Shown here piece after piece: positions 1 to 15,070 of a DNA stretch of 64,000 nt (the first letter of the stretch is position 1; each line of letters opens with the position of its first letter). The stretch spans positions 47,554,001 to 47,618,000 of the forward strand of contig OZ024740.1 of the NCBI GenBank assembly GCA_964016885.1. The letters run 5' to 3'. The translations under genes and the position numbers were made by a program. Under the pieces are notes generated by a model. The model saw nothing but the letters and a program-made list of their open reading frames with translations, did not search any database and was not told the origin of the DNA. The stretch is from Eledone cirrhosa. Its lineage: Eukaryota.

Positions 1-152
1 TATTTAGATGGGGATGGCATGAAGTCATCAAGGTCAAAAGTGAAATAGTCTTTATAGGAGGAACATAGATTAGTGTTGACAAAAATGTATATTGAATAAT
101 TAGATAAATATATATTCAAATGTCCAAGATAGTTATGACAAACGTTACTTAC

Positions 153-194
153 TGTGAAATGGTGACCCATTTATTTGGTTTCCAATATTGCCCA
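153..194 (-). CDS. Micro-exon 8 (42 nt, phase 1-1; MGNIGNQINGSPFH); gene continues beyond the left edge of the window
   Basis: tttttttctctcaattcag|TGGGCAATATTGGAAACCAAATAAATGGGTCACCATTTCACA|gtaagt; no stop codon reached. Confidence 0.85.
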
Positions 195-776
195 CTGAAT
201 TGAGAGAAAAAAATGTGTACATTAACTGTTTAAAGAAAACATACATCTTGAATTTACTAAATTTACTAATTATTTTGAGGGTCGGTATTTTAGGAGGGGA
301 GATAATTGGGTAGATTTGTGTTCATTTCTAATTTACGTCTGTTATCAGTGTATTTAGAATCAAATGAGTTTTAGCTAGAATTTGAACTCGCTTGACGTAG
401 AAATAAACAGTGAGTTCACTTTTTACCTTACGGCACAACCCAGGTGCATGTTTTATGTTGCATTGTTTTGTTACGAATATTTAATTATTAAAATATCAAT
501 GTTATATTGAGTTTAATATTTCTCATCGACAACAAGAAGTGGAAAGTTTCCGCTGAATTAACCACTTCATTAATGCAGAGAATGGAACCATTTGGTATAT
601 TAGAGAAAACACTGTCTAATGTGTCCTTATTATAAGATGGCTGTATGTGATATGGGGGAAATTTAGCAGCAATTTTTCCATCAAAACAAGCGACAGCATA
701 GAAACTACTTGTTGACTCCAATACCTTCCTCAACCTTATATGAGCAGTAAAGATGAAAAGATTTTAAATGACTTAC

Positions 777-794
777 TAGCTTCAGCCTCGGGAT
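777..794 (-). CDS. Micro-exon 7 (18 nt, phase 1-1; DPEAEA)
   Basis: ctttctaatttttgttgacag|ATCCCGAGGCTGAAGCTA|gtaagt; CTAAT branch-point-like motif just upstream. Confidence 0.8.
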
Positions 795-837
795 CTGTCA
801 ACAAAAATTAGAAAGAGCATATATAATAGTAAAAATG

Positions 838-1314
<477 letters not shown>

Positions 1315-1374
1315 AATATGCATGCCATTTATCAACCTCGGCGGGATTTAAACTCAGATCGTAAAAGGACATAA

Positions 1375-2691
1375 TGTCCGTTTACAATTGTTTCGCTACT
1401 CCATATAATATTTCTGGATCAGATGACTATATATCATAATTGATCTGGTTCAGTTGAAAATAATTAACATAGTTCATCGGAACGTCAAAGGAATATAGAT
1501 GAAAATAATGAGATAATGTTACATAATATAATTGTTTCTACTTTTGGCACAAGGCCAGCAATTACCCAGTACATTACTAATATAATGTTCCATATATTGG
1601 TTTTTACTATGGTGTCTTGGTTGCATCAGTTGTCAGCCATAATCAAGCAGTATTCATCTGTCGAGGCTGCATTGTGTGAGATCTGCCTATGGGTAACAAG
1701 ATGGCTACCAAAGGGTATATTTACCTTACTAATTAGAGGGTGGTTTCAGGGGAAGTAACTTCTCGAGAGATTAGAAATTGTGGGTGTTTATAGTTAAGTG
1801 CTAATTTTAAAAAAAATTTTAATTGAGAGACAATGTAGGGGAGGTAACTTATAATTATCGAGTTGTTCATAACAATTTAACTTATTAGCTACAAGTAAAA
1901 ATGGGGCTACATGATTAAGTTGGGTCAAAAATTCTATTGGCGAAGGAATTAGCCCTTCGATGTTGACAGCTAATAGTTACCTCCGTTCTATCGTTAATCG
2001 GTAGAGGTCGTGATAGAGTTATGTAATATGCTTCCGTAATACAGAGATCACAAGATTTTCTTCGTCCATTGAACGGTTGGGCCCTAGCCACGATATCCCA
2101 TTTTAGTGAGTGTTGAACGTTGTTTAATTTAAGGTTTTTAATGAGCCTAGCTAGCGTTCAATGGACGAAGAAAATCTTGTGATCTCTGTATTACGGAAGC
2201 ATATTACATAACTATCACGACCTCTACCGATTAACGATAGAACGGAGGTAACTATTAGCTGTCAACATCGAAGGGCTAATTCCTTCGCCAATAGAATTTT
2301 TGACCCAACTTAGTCATGTAGCCCCATTTTTACTTGTAGCTAATAAGTTAAATTGCTATGAACAACTCGATAATTATAAGTTACCTCCCCTCTCAATTAA
2401 AAATTTTTTTTAAATTAGCACTTAACTATAAACACCCACAATTTCTAATCTCTCGAGAAGTTACTTCCCCTGAAACCACCCTCTAATTAATAAGGTAAAT
2501 ATGCCCTTTGGTAGCCATCTTGTTACCCATAGGCAGATCTCACACAATGCAGCCTCGACAGATGAATACTGCTTGATTATGGCTGACAACTGATGCACCC
2601 AAGACACCATAGTAAAAACCAATATATGGAACATTATATTATGTAACATTATCTCATTATTTTAATCTATATTCCTTTGACGTTCCGATGA
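1375..2691. mobile_element. Truncated Penelope-like element 3' end with inverted duplication (arms ~1474-2075 and 2155-2691)
   Basis: The arms are near-perfect reverse complements (the same spurious ORF is listed at 1516+ and 2461-). One arm encodes ...PINDRTEVTISCQHRR, resembling the C-terminus of the PLE at 19.7 kb. Hammerhead-like motif at the terminus. Confidence 0.7.
1379..1484 (-). ncRNA. Type-I hammerhead ribozyme-like motif (CCGAUGA core variant, long stem II)
   Basis: Minus: cgtt-CCGATGA-[~80 nt]-GAAA-caattg-TA-aacg; stem I cgtt/aacg, palindromic stem III. Confidence 0.55.
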
Positions 2692-3384
2692 GCCGCTCTA
2701 TCTTTTAAATATGTTATTTATTTTCTGGACTCAGAATTAGCCGTCGAAACGGCTTGAGCTCAGCCGTCGGGGTCCTACTCGCTCCTATATATATATATAT
2801 ATAACTTTGAGTATGTGTTGGTTGTTTACCGACACTTCAGTATTCAGGTTAGAGCACTCAACGAAGTGCGCGGGTGGGTCTGTTTATATATAGCAGCGAA
2901 TATGAATAAACGAAGTTAATTTTAACCTGTTGACTTACACTTCTTGTTAATATATATATATCCTTACATCTAGCAATAATGACAGTATGCAGGCTAGTTG
3001 AAATCATGATTCGATAATCTATTATTGCCATATATTATTCAAATATATAATCTTATGCATTAATAAAACTGCACATTCTTAAACATAATATAGAATATGT
3101 TGCTGTAATTATGTAATTAGATTAAAAGGTCTAAACTTCGACCAGCAATTTGCTTGTATGACTGTGATATCAAGGTTTGGTTGAGAAGGATAGCACCTCC
3201 TACTTCGAATGCATTGTTCATATTCCGCCAGAAAACAAAAACATTTGGCTTCCTATTTATGAAGCCTGACTGTAGTAATAAAAGCTCAGGAGAAAATCAA
3301 TGTATTATCCAATAGATATAACACATGTAAATCTTAAGACAGCATCTTCAGGAATGCATCAGTGTTAATAAACATAATTCTTTC

Positions 3385-3595
3385 TAATATTGGTTCAAGG
3401 TTAGCAGTTTGAGGGAAGACGAAAATTGATAATATCGACCACAGTACTTAACTAGTACTTTTTCTTGTCTACTCCGGAAGGATGAAAGCCGAAGCTGGCC
3501 TCGGTGGGATTTGATCTCAGAACGTAGAAAGTCGTAACAATACCGCAAAGCATTTTGTCCGACGCTCTACCGATACTGCCAATCCACCGCCCTAG
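3385..3595 (-). mobile_element. SINE of the dominant family in this window
   Basis: Reverse complement of the shared core ctgag(t)tcaaatccc(g)ccgagg...tttcatcct seen at 5850, 49650 and 55765. Confidence 0.7.
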
Positions 3596-3999
3596 TATTA
3601 ATAATAGTTTCTAATTTAATCTCTACTGACTTTACTAGTATTTTATCAATCCCGGAATGGGAAAAGAAATGTCCGACTCTAGTAGGTATGAACTTAGAAC
3701 ACAAAAGAATATAAAAACTAATGCTTTACATTTCTATTACTTTTCAAGCTCAATAATGATTTCTTACAATGGCACAAGTCTACAAATTTGTGAGGAGAGA
3801 TATAGTTGACTGAATCAATACTAGTCCATACTTATTTCAAATCCCGCTGAGATCAACATTGATTTTCCTCCCTCTAGAATCAATAAAAAAAAGTATTGAA
3901 CAGGGCGCAAGCAATGATAAGAATTAAGAATTTTGGTTCATAGCCATGTAGCTTCAGGTTTGATTACACAGCGTAGCATCTTAAACAATTTACACACAC

Positions 4000-4014
<15 letters not shown>

Positions 4015-4036
<22 letters not shown>

Positions 4037-4890
4037 AATGTAAGTATGTATGTATACGTACATACATATATGTATACAGACGCACAGTAGTCTGTATATA
4101 TATACATATATGCACACATATATATATATATACACGTATCGGCCTACCGAACATTTATTATAATGCTCGGGTTGTCTGTTTGTTTGTTTACAACTACCGA
4201 ACATTTATTATAATGCTCGGTTTGTTTGTTTACAAACAAACAAACCGAGCATTATAATAAATGTTCGGTAGGCCGATACGTGCATATATATATGTGTGCA
4301 TGTATGTATATATATACATACTACTGTACGTCTGTATACATATATGTATGTACGTATAAATACATACTTACATTTAAGTAAGTGCCGTACTAAGAGTGAG
4401 AAATGAAATTTTGTTTCATTCTATTCCATTTATCGTTTTCGGTGTGTCCGGCCGACTGAACTCACTCGATATGCAAATTAGGCTGCTCAGCCGTTAATAT
4501 GCATAAGGAAAGTATATACTTTCAGACGTTCAACCATCTGGCAGGAAGGTATACGATGCTGACGATAGCTTATAAGCTTGAAACTAGTACATCGTTCCTG
4601 TGTCAGTGTTGAACAAAAAGGTGACGTGGTTGCCTAAACACTGTACCGAACATTTATTATAATGCTCGGTTTGTTTGTTTACAAACAAAGAAACCGAGCA
4701 TTATAATAAATGTTCGGTAGGACGATACGTGCATATATATATATGTGTGCATGTATATATACACATACTACTGTACGTCTGTATACATATATGTATGTAC
4801 GTATACATACATACATACATACATACATACTTACATTTAAGTAAGTGCCGTACTAAGAGTGAGTAATGAAATTTCGTTTCATTCTATTCT
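4015..4890. repeat. Hammerhead-containing ~425-450 bp non-coding repeat (retrozyme-like), ~1.5 tandem units plus inverted partial unit
   Basis: ccgagcattataataaatgttcggtagg recurs at 4245 and 4694. Inverted partial copy at ~4015-4230. Related copies at 15265-15790 and 21450-21680. Confidence 0.75.
4553..4595 (+). ncRNA. Minimal type-I hammerhead ribozyme
   Basis: acgatg-CTGACGA-tagcttataagctt-GAAA-ctag-TA-catcgt: perfect 6-bp stem I, agct/agct stem II, palindromic CUAG stem III, intact core. Confidence 0.85.
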
Positions 4891-4929
4891 ATATATATAT
4901 ATATATTTTATTTATTTATTTTTTTTTTT

Positions 4930-5130
4930 AGAGAAGGGGAGAGACCGAGTGATAGAGAGGAATTGAGAAAGAAAAATCAACCCCAGTATTAGACTGGTAT
5001 TTTTTTATCGAGCTCCAAAGGATGGCAGGAAAAGTTGACCTCGACAGGATTTGAACTCAGAACACAGAGTTCCGGAACGAATACCGCAAAGCATTCTAAC
5101 CCACGCTCTAATGACTGCCAATTCACCGCC
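4930..5130 (-). mobile_element. SINE (dominant family)
   Basis: ttttatcga...aaggat...gttgacctcgacaggatttgaactcagaac...tgccaattcaccgcc is the reverse complement of the family core. Confidence 0.75.
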
Positions 5131-5469
5131 TGCAAATACTGTAATCCTGTTTCAATATCTGGTCGAACCAATTTTATTTCACTTACATTAGGAATTATTT
5201 TTCAAAACTTTACATTCCACTATTTCTTCCATTAAATACATAGGGATTTTTTTTTTTAGTTACAAAAACAACAATAAATATGTGGGTTGAGTATTAAGTA
5301 GTGCGAAACAAGAACTAATGTTGGCAACCGGATTTCTATCACTGGTGGAAACGACTTTCTTTCGCTTCTGTTACTAACACACTGAATATAGGCATAAGCA
5401 AGTCTTGTACTTAAATAATATATTCAATACCTTTTAGAGAACTGGCTGACATAATTCTATTTATCTTAT

Positions 5470-5800
5470 CACTAGCATGTGTAGTGTATATATTGATATA
5501 CGCAAGTATATATACATGTAGATATGATACATCAAATAAAATCGTAATTGACAATATCCACAGAAATTGAACGAAGACTGCGTTACACTGTCTTATGTAA
5601 TCAGTAACGTAATCCATAATACTTTTAAAAAAGACGATATATATAAACTGCATTAGGACAAAATTAGTGACGGAAATATATGAATGTTTATTTAAGCGAT
5701 CGCTAACCGGAAGTGTTGACATTTGAAAATTCTAAATAAGTGAATCTTTAAATAAGCAATAAAATATATTTAATCAAGAGCTTCGATTTTTAGTAGATAA
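5470..5800 (-). repeat. Unclassified interspersed repeat; inverted partner of 44760-45390
   Basis: 5701-5760 reverse-complements 44811-44868 (aagattcact...tgtcaacacttccggttagc); both give the same MSTLPVS pseudo-ORF. Confidence 0.65.
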
Positions 5801-5819
5801 ATTATAGAGTTACGGCCCT

Positions 5820-5965
5820 TGACGCATAGAGTTACGGCTCTTGCCATTCTGAGTTCAAATCCCGCCGAGGTTAACTTTGCCTTTCATCCTTATGGGGTCG
5901 ATAAAATAAAGTACCAGTAATACACTGGGTAATTGCTGGCCTTGTGCCAAAAGTAGAAACAATTA
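5820..5965 (+). mobile_element. SINE (dominant family, 3' part)
   Basis: ctgagttcaaatcccgccgaggttaactttgcctttcatcct...gtcgataaaataaagtaccagt...ttgctggccttgtgccaaaagtagaaacaatt. Confidence 0.8.
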
Positions 5966-6152
5966 TTTATTCAAAGTAATCCAACTTATTTTACAAACGG
6001 GATAAAAAAAAAAAAATTTCTGGACTTAGTCCCGCACTCCTTTCTTTATAATACTTCAAATAATTTTCCGCGATTTTCACAATACATTTCTTCAAATATA
6101 CTAAGTTATTTTTTTTATATATATTGTCATTCAAGGATAAAATTGATCTTAC

Positions 6153-6191
6153 CTACTTCATTTTCAGTGGCTTCTTTGGGGTCTTTTTTAT
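6153..6191 (-). CDS. Micro-exon 6 (39 nt, phase 1-1; DKKDPKEATENEV); paralog of exon 5
   Basis: T-rich tract ending aaag|ATAAAAAAGACCCCAAAGAAGCCACTGAAAATGAAGTAG|gtaaga. Confidence 0.85.
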   Translation of the reverse strand: MKKTPKKPLKMK

Positions 6192-6359
6192 CTTTAAAAA
6201 AATAAATTAATAATTACACGATGCATTGTTTTTACAAGTTAATCGAGGATATGGGAGACAACACCGATAGCTTTTACATGTCTTTCCAGAAAAATATGAC
6301 TTTGCATGCGGTAGATGTTAACATTCTCGTCCTTCTGTATATATATATATATTTATATA

Positions 6360-6885
6360 TATTGGTAAAAGGAAAAGAAAATGCTGACAAATTGTTCCCA
6401 GTGAAAAATAGTTTAATTAGGAATAAGTAAAAATTAGTAATAGTATTGGTTAGTATTCAGTTTTGGTTTTAAGTTTTACCGGTTGCGCATTTCTAATGCT
6501 TTTCAAAAATAATTTTGAGATAGAGCGCCAGGGATGTTTGCTCTAATCTGATTAGTTTTGGAAATTCTACCTGTTTTATGTAAAAAAAAAAGTGGCTCCA
6601 GATGTATGAAAAAATTCTTGTGGTCAAAATAATTTTGATTGGTCGGTAGAGGTCATGTGAATGTTAAAAATTGATTTTGCGCCAAATGTAGGTTTGTCTC
6701 GGCTGATTGAGAAGTCACTGAAAAATAAGTCTTTCAAGACAAATATGTGTGTGTGTGTAGTAGTAGTAGTAGTAAAGAGGTTCGTTGTTGTGATAATGGT
6801 CAGCAGGGATGTGTGTGCGAACCGCAGCCTGTTGACAGTTCAAATGCCTATTAAGGCAACTGTGTGTGTGTTTGTGTGTGTGTGT

Positions 6886-6939
<54 letters not shown>

Positions 6940-7046
6940 CAGAGTAATTCGTGGTAGAGGGATGGTCAGTAGGAATGTGTCTGTACATGTGTGGGGGATA
7001 TTTTAACATGTTAAAAGATATTTTTCAGCTCTTATCTTATACGGAG

Positions 7047-7114
<68 letters not shown>

Positions 7115-9463
7115 ATGTGCGCGTGTGTAGTGTGTGTGTATATATGTGTGTGTGTGTGTATATATATGTGTGTGTGTGTGAGTGTGAGAATGTGTGTGTG
7201 TGTGGGGGTGGACCAGTATTTTTGTGATACTGGTAAAAAATGGTGTACATTATTCGATATATTCAGTAAAAACGATTCTCTCAATAGAACATCAAAAACC
7301 TTAATAATAAAAGGTATGAAATGATATATAGTATTGGCATAATACCAAGGTGTGTGTGAGTGTCCAGATTGTACGTACTGCAAGGGGAATCCATTAGGCC
7401 TTGCCGTATTGGAATACTTGTGTACAAATATTTATGTGCCCATCAGTGCGCAATGCATGTGTGCGTATATGTATGTGTGTGTGTCGGCACGTTTATATCT
7501 TTAGACATCAAAAGGTATGCAAATTTGTGTATATTTGAGTTGCACCATAGAACATGTGTGTTTACGTATGTCATTGTGTTTATATGTGGATAGAGATGTA
7601 TGCTGATGTAGGTATGTATGTTGACGTGTGTATGTTGTGGGTTCGTCTTATGGAGAAGTGTTTAGACGGGGTCCGTATTTGTTAATAAAGTGAGATTCCT
7701 TGCTGATGCGCTGGGTGTGGGTGGCATTATCTTTAAATTTGTAGAGGGGAAAGATTCTGAAGTTGGGATGATTTTGGGCGGCACAGGTATCAATGTGTTC
7801 ACTCAGTGGTATTTTCCTGTATTCCCGTATTTTAATTTGGGATCTATGGACAGTCATGCGTTGGCGGAGGCTGTTTTTGGTCTGGCCTATGTATTGTTCT
7901 CGACAACCTGAGCAAGTTAATACATATATTAGATTTTCTGATGCGCATGTGAAATTGTGTTTTATTATAAAACGTTGTCCTTCTTTGAAATAGAATTCCG
8001 AACCCTCTATTAGGTTGATGCATATGCCACAGTTGGGTCTATCGCATTTTTTTACTGTGGGTTTCGTTGTTGTGGTTGGCAGTACCTTGGCATGTGTTCG
8101 GATGTTTTTCATTGACTTAGATTGTCTTTTGCTCTTTATGATATCGTGTGTTCGTAGGATTTGGTTCATTCTATGGTCCTTTTTCAACACAGGGATGTTC
8201 TGGGGGACGGTGTCAAAAGCCTCATTGTTGAGGGGGTTGTGTGTGGAGATGTATGGAAGAGCTTTTAGTTTCGGTTGATTTGCTTTAGGGTGACTAAGGT
8301 CCTGGGTACTGAGTTTTAGGGCACGTTGGATTCCATTGTCAATTAGTGATGCAGGGTAGTCCCTGCCTATGAGTGTGTCCTTTAGTTCTTGTAGCCGTAA
8401 GTAGCAGGTGTTTTTATTGGAGACTATAGTACAGATTCTCTTGGCTAAGTTGCAGGGAATATTAATTTTAACGTGTCTAGGGTGGCAAGAGTTGAAAGGA
8501 AGATATTGCTTCGAGTCTGTGGGCTTGTAGTATATGTCTGTTTCTATTTTTTTGTTATGGATCTTAATGAGGATGTCGAGGAAGGGGAGTTGTTGATGGC
8601 TGTATTCCATCGTGAAGTTAATATTTGTGTTGAGCCCATTTATAAGGGTGTGAAATTCTTTAAGTTTCTCGATGTTTTCGTGCCAAAGGATGAAGAAGTC
8701 ATCTAGATATCGCTTCCAGTTCCTTTCTATGTGTAAGTGGTTGGCATAAGTGGGGGCTGTTTTCGTTCCCATAGCTGTCCCAGATTTCTGCATGTAGGGT
8801 TTGTTATTGAAAACGAAGTAATTGTTCTCCAAGATAAATTTGAGTCCCTCTATCACGAATTCTTTTTTGATGCGTTGTGGAAGTTCATTGTGGTAATTAT
8901 CCAGCCAGAATTGGATAGCTTCTATTCCAAGGTTGTGGGGGATGTTGGATTATAGGTTGACTACATCGAACGTCACTAGTAGGGTTTGTTCAGAAAGGGG
9001 CATATTAGGGAGGTGATTGAGCATATCTAGGTCGTCCCTTATATAGCCTTTGATGTGTTTGAGAAAAGGCTTGAGAAGGGTATCAATGAAGTTGCTAAGG
9101 CGGTGTGTTTCGTAAACGGAGCATGCTATTATAGGTCTTAATTTGAGATCATTGGGTGAGGGGACATTGATGACTATGTCTGTGGGCTTCCTTGCATGCC
9201 TTACTTATTAATTCGCTTTTATGTACTTTAGGGATACCGTAGAAAAGGCTGGATTTACTTGTGAAGTCTGTGATGAAGCTGAATTCCTTGTTAGTGAGTC
9301 CTTCTTTGTATTGGTTGATCAGAGTTTTTAGGTTTCTCATAATTTTCTGTTGATTGTAGTGTTCAGCCTTTTCGTAGTATGTTTCGTTTTCCAAAGTGGA
9401 GAGCGCTAAGTTGATATAGAATTCTGTCTCCATTAGGACTACTGTACTCCCATTATCAGCCTC

Positions 9464-9468
<5 letters not shown>
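6360..9468 (-). mobile_element. 5'-truncated Penelope-like retroelement (RT + C-terminal GIY-YIG; Neptune-like Cys linker), disrupted
   Basis: ORFs 9149-9460 and 7648-8856: GTAMG, YLDD, LPFLD, YYKPTD, CxxxxCxxC linker, LIYVLTC..C..QYIGQT..LRQR. Long (CA)-rich 3' region; terminus shared with 29350-29555; bounded by (TA)n. Confidence 0.9.
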
Positions 9469-9530
<62 letters not shown>

Positions 9531-9869
9531 AGAGTATTGAAGTTTGCTTGAAGCATTGTGGAATAATAAGGTAAATTTCTTTAAGTCGTTTGGAAGCCTC
9601 GACAATGCAAATGGGTAAATCTCCGGGTAACAAGATCCGGTGGTGGAGAGAGAGATGTAAGTGGGTGTACGTTGAAATGCGTGGCGTGTATAAGACGTGT
9701 AGAGGAATGAAGGAAAGAGCATAAAGGATAAAATAAAATAACAACACGAGAGAGAGTTACCTTGGGAGAGATTTAATTGTCCCTATATATTTCGGATTCA
9801 CATCCATCAACTGGGGTTTTTTCCGGGGTGGGGGAAAGGTTGTCTGTCGGAAAGGTGCGAAACGCGTCC

Positions 9870-12255
9870 TCCGCTGTTCATTGTTTTGAATATCTAAGGT
9901 ATTCAGCAGAGCGTGCGTGCGCGTGAAATGGGGTCGGTCGGGCAGAGGTCAGCGGCCGAAGTAGTTCTTTCAATTGTGGGAGTGGGGTGGCGTTAGCTGT
10001 CAGTCCATTCTCTGCCTGTTTGTTAAATGTTACTGTGTGTGTGTGTGCGTGTGTTGTTGTCTCGCTTGAGTGTGTGTGTGTGTGCGTGTGTTGTTGCTTT
10101 GTTCCTCTGTATTGGCAGTGTAGTATGTTCGTATGGTGGAATGCTACTGTGTGTGTGTGTGTGTGTGTGCGTGTGTTGTTGTCTCGCTTGTGTGTGTGTG
10201 TGCGTGTGTTGCTGCATCGTTTGTTAACTTAAACCAGCCACCTCATTTCGCTTCTCTCGGATCGATTGTTTATTTGCGGCTCTAGGCGTTTGATAAAAAG
10301 TGCTTCCTTGATACGTAACGTGCCGACGTTTCTTTCAGTCGCTAGAATTGTGACAATGGGCCTTCCGTCTTTGTTTCCGCATTTGTCTATGTGTTTCCGG
10401 AAAGACAAGGACCTGGTTTTAGTGTGTTCCTTGATCCGGATGTGCAAAGGTCGGATTGTGCTACCTATATAGTATTGGTTGAACTTGTTGCATTCTATCT
10501 TATACACGACGTATGTGCGTAGGCAACAGTTCGCATGGCGTATCGGGCAGTCTCTGAGGGAGCACGCGTCAGTTGATTTCCCGGGTTTCCTGGAGAGGCA
10601 TCTTCGCAGGGAGGGGCCCGAGTGGGCCATGTGGATGTCGAGGCCCTCCCTCCGTATAGCCTTGCGGATAGCGTTGGTGGTATTCTCGCCCAGGTGTGGC
10701 ATTTTAAGGAAGCACTTGCCTTGGGTGCCTCTCTGTCTCTTGCGTCTGGTGTCTCCTACTCTGTCTGTGAGCGAGGTAGGGTACCCATTCGTCTCCAGCA
10801 CCTCGAGGAATCGCTTGGTATGAGTGACACCACTCCCGGGATCGCTGCATCTTTTTTTTATTCACACGATCTCGTTCGTGATGTATCCTCTTTTGGCGCT
10901 GTTAGGGAGGGCGGACTTGTAGTGAACGAACAGGTCCCTGCAGGCTGCCTTTCGGTAGAAGTTGCAGTGGATCCTTCCCTGTTCCGTGATGTTGATTCGG
11001 AAGTTGAGGAGGGCAAGTGACCCGTCTTCTTTGGGGTGTTCAACACTGAAGTCAATGTTCTCGTCCATGTTGTTGAACGTCTCATAGATTCTGTTCGCCG
11101 TGACTTGGGAAGATGTGAGGATGAGGATATCGTCCACGTACCTTGAGAAAAAGGCGACGGCGTTGGGGTGGCAGCCGTTGAGTGCCTTGCGCTCGAGGTT
11201 GTCCATGTAAGAGATCGCTAGCACACCCGACAGGCTTGATCCCATGGGCAATCCCGAGGTTTGTTGGTATGTTTGGTCAAAGAATCCGAAGTAGGTATTG
11301 TCGACGACGATGTATAGGAGTTGGTGGATGTCAGTGGTGGTGAGCCCGAAGCAGTGTAGGTCGGTAGATTGGACGCGTTCCATCAGTATATTGACGGCCG
11401 GGAGTGCCGGGACCGAGGTGTAGAGAGCGACTACATCAAGGCTGAAGGCATATCTGTTATTGCTTCTAGTATCGGGATCCATTTGATGCAGGCGCTTCAA
11501 CACCTCCTCGGAGCTGTTAACGTGTCCCGACAAGGTGTCTAAGATGGGTTTGAGTATTCTGGCTAGGAGCCATGAAATTTTGTAGAGTGGTCCTTCCACG
11601 CTCGATACAATGAGCCTGATCTTCAGGTCGGGTCCCTGTTTGTGTGTTTTCACGAGGTGGTAGAAGGCGGGTAGTCTGCTGTTCCTCGTGAGGAGGTTGT
11701 ATCTCAGCTTCTTCGGGAGCTTCCGCCGGTCGCAGATGTTGGTCCAGGCGGCGTTGATGTGCTCTTCTATCTGCGCGGGAGTGATTCCCGTGACCTTGGA
11801 GTAGAGGTTGTCATCGTCAAGGTGTTGGAGGGCCAGGGTGTTGTAGGCCGCTCTGCTGATGACGCAGAATTCTTTTCCCTTGTCGGAGTGGAGATAGATG
11901 AGGTTCTTCGATTTTAGGTTGGAGAGAGTGGTGAGTTGAGATTTGGTGAGGTTATGTGTTGTGCGTGTGTGTGTGTGTTTGTGAAGTATATCCGAGATGG
12001 AGTGTTTTAGCCTGATGAGTTTAGTGTCGAGTTCGTGGTTGGTGGGTGGGGGGTGGAGTGGGTTGACGGGGTGGTAAGTGGGGAACTTGGGGTGGGTTGC
12101 GTGGGCGCTGTTATTTTCTGTGGCGCTGTTGATGGCGGTCACCCACAAAAGTTGGCCTCGATGTTGAGTTTGAGTCTGTCGTCGAGACGTTGTGAGACGA
12201 TGAACTTGGGTCCGAGGTGTAGGAGTTTCAGCTCGTCGCTCGTGAGAGTGCCGAT

Positions 12256-12258
<3 letters not shown>
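9870..12258 (-). mobile_element. 5'-truncated Penelope-like retroelement (RT + GIY-YIG) with one stop
   Basis: ORFs 10862-12148 (SLDVVALYT, GLPMGSSLS, YVDD) and 10229-10801 (VVYKIEC...YYIGST.R.L..RIKEH, KEALFIK..P.IN); abuts (GA)n. Confidence 0.9.
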
Positions 12259-12340
<82 letters not shown>

Positions 12341-12839
12341 GCGGTAATATTAAGAACTAGGCAGAAAGAAGTGGTCAGAATGAGAAATTTATTGAGTGTT
12401 CAATCTGTACAATTACATAACTGTCTACATGCGCTATACAATGCTCATTCGTATGCTTTACATTTCTATTACTGAACTTCATTAGAAAGAAGTTAATAGA
12501 GAGGAAGAAAAAATGTGTTATACTCCGATGTGTGGATACCCCATTTCTGCAATAAACATTACTTACTGCTTACAAAGCTGAAGTACAAAACATTGGTATA
12601 TAGAGAAATTTAGAATCAAAATATAATATACAAATAACAGAAATAGTAAGCAAATATAGTAAACAAAGAATAACACAGAAAGAAAAGAATAAAATGATGA
12701 ATTACAATAATTATACTAAGTATAGATACAATCATTTGAAGGTGTGGGGAGGGATCACAATCCAAATTACCAATGAGAAGAATATTATAGTTGTATGTAG
12801 AGGGAGTTTAGAAAGAGGAAGAATTAAGGCTGGTAAAAA

Positions 12840-13190
12840 AACCTAGCTGCAACCTGGTGCAGTCTGCGAGACTAACCCAGGTAGGTTCTGCTGCACGTCG
12901 GGCTGAGGAGGATAAACTCTTCAAATACCGGTCTCTCTCCGACATGTTTGCGGTTGTACCCTTGGCAGTGGAGACTTCTGGTGTCCTTGGCCCTAGGACT
13001 ACCTCCCTACTCACCATCATAGACGCTGAGCTGGCCAGCCGCAGGTGTGAGCCTCGCGAGTTGGAATTGTTTTTCCAACGTGTCTCCCTTGCCGTCCTCC
13101 GGAGAAACGCCTTCTCTATTCTGTCCGCCGGGGCTGTGGGCTGTGGGGAGGCCACCAAAATTATTGACTGACTTGTCATTTTATTAGTCA
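12840..13190 (+). mobile_element. 3' fragment of CRE-like non-LTR retrotransposon (restriction-like endonuclease end)
   Basis: Encodes K..KY...F.VVPLAVETSGVLG...FFQRVSLAVLRRNA; same family at 51090-51720 and 56520-56760. Confidence 0.65.
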
Positions 13191-13578
13191 GATGTTTTTA
13201 GACCCGTTGAATGTCTTAACTGAGCTTCCCGCTGACAGGTTAGTACTCTCCATTCAACGGTATATCTCAGTTACGCTCCACGGAAAAAATGGCAAAAGAG
13301 TTATATACACATATGTACATATATACTCATATATAATTCATATATTGTAGAATGGGGAAGACGGAGAGGAAAAAGAAGAGAAAGGGGAGTAGAGAAAATA
13401 GAAAAGGTAATGAGGCCGAGGTGAGCAGAAATGATAAGATATGGTTGAAAGGCTATAAATTAACCTGGAGGCAGAATATTAGTTTTTATCGCAACAAAAA
13501 TCAACAGCAGAAAGAACAAGCGGGAACAGAGACGAATCAAAGCGATAAGAAGGGAGATATATATATGCATATATATAT

Positions 13579-13634
<56 letters not shown>

Positions 13635-13769
13635 TATGAAGAGAGAAGAAACATTTAGATATAATTAGTAATAAAATGTATCATACCTAAACTGTTCCTA
13701 AATTCCTCGACTACGTAGTTTCGTGGCATAAACAAAAACAATATATCAAAGATATAGAGTCCTTGCGAG

Positions 13770-15070
<1,301 letters not shown>

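Noticed and set aside
488-733. 81-aa minus-strand ORF between micro-exons 7 and 8
   Set aside because: No ATG start, no convincing splice sites or recognisable motif; lies inside the predicted 582-nt intron.
1516-2649. Apparent duplicated small gene (ORFs 1516+ and 2461-)
   Set aside because: Mirror translations of the two arms of one inverted repeat.
3768-3779. 12-nt exon candidate
   Set aside because: Lies in a SINE tail (ggcacaag motif); likely chance.
5187-5219. 33-nt minus-strand exon candidate with GTAAGT donor
   Set aside because: In-frame TAA in phase 1 and a purine-rich acceptor.
13687-13710. 24-nt phase-1 exon candidate (xEEFRNSL; AG|gtatga)
   Set aside because: Open and symmetric, but the acceptor (ccacgaaactacgtag) lacks a pyrimidine tract. 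Left out of the model, though it cannot be excluded without reads.
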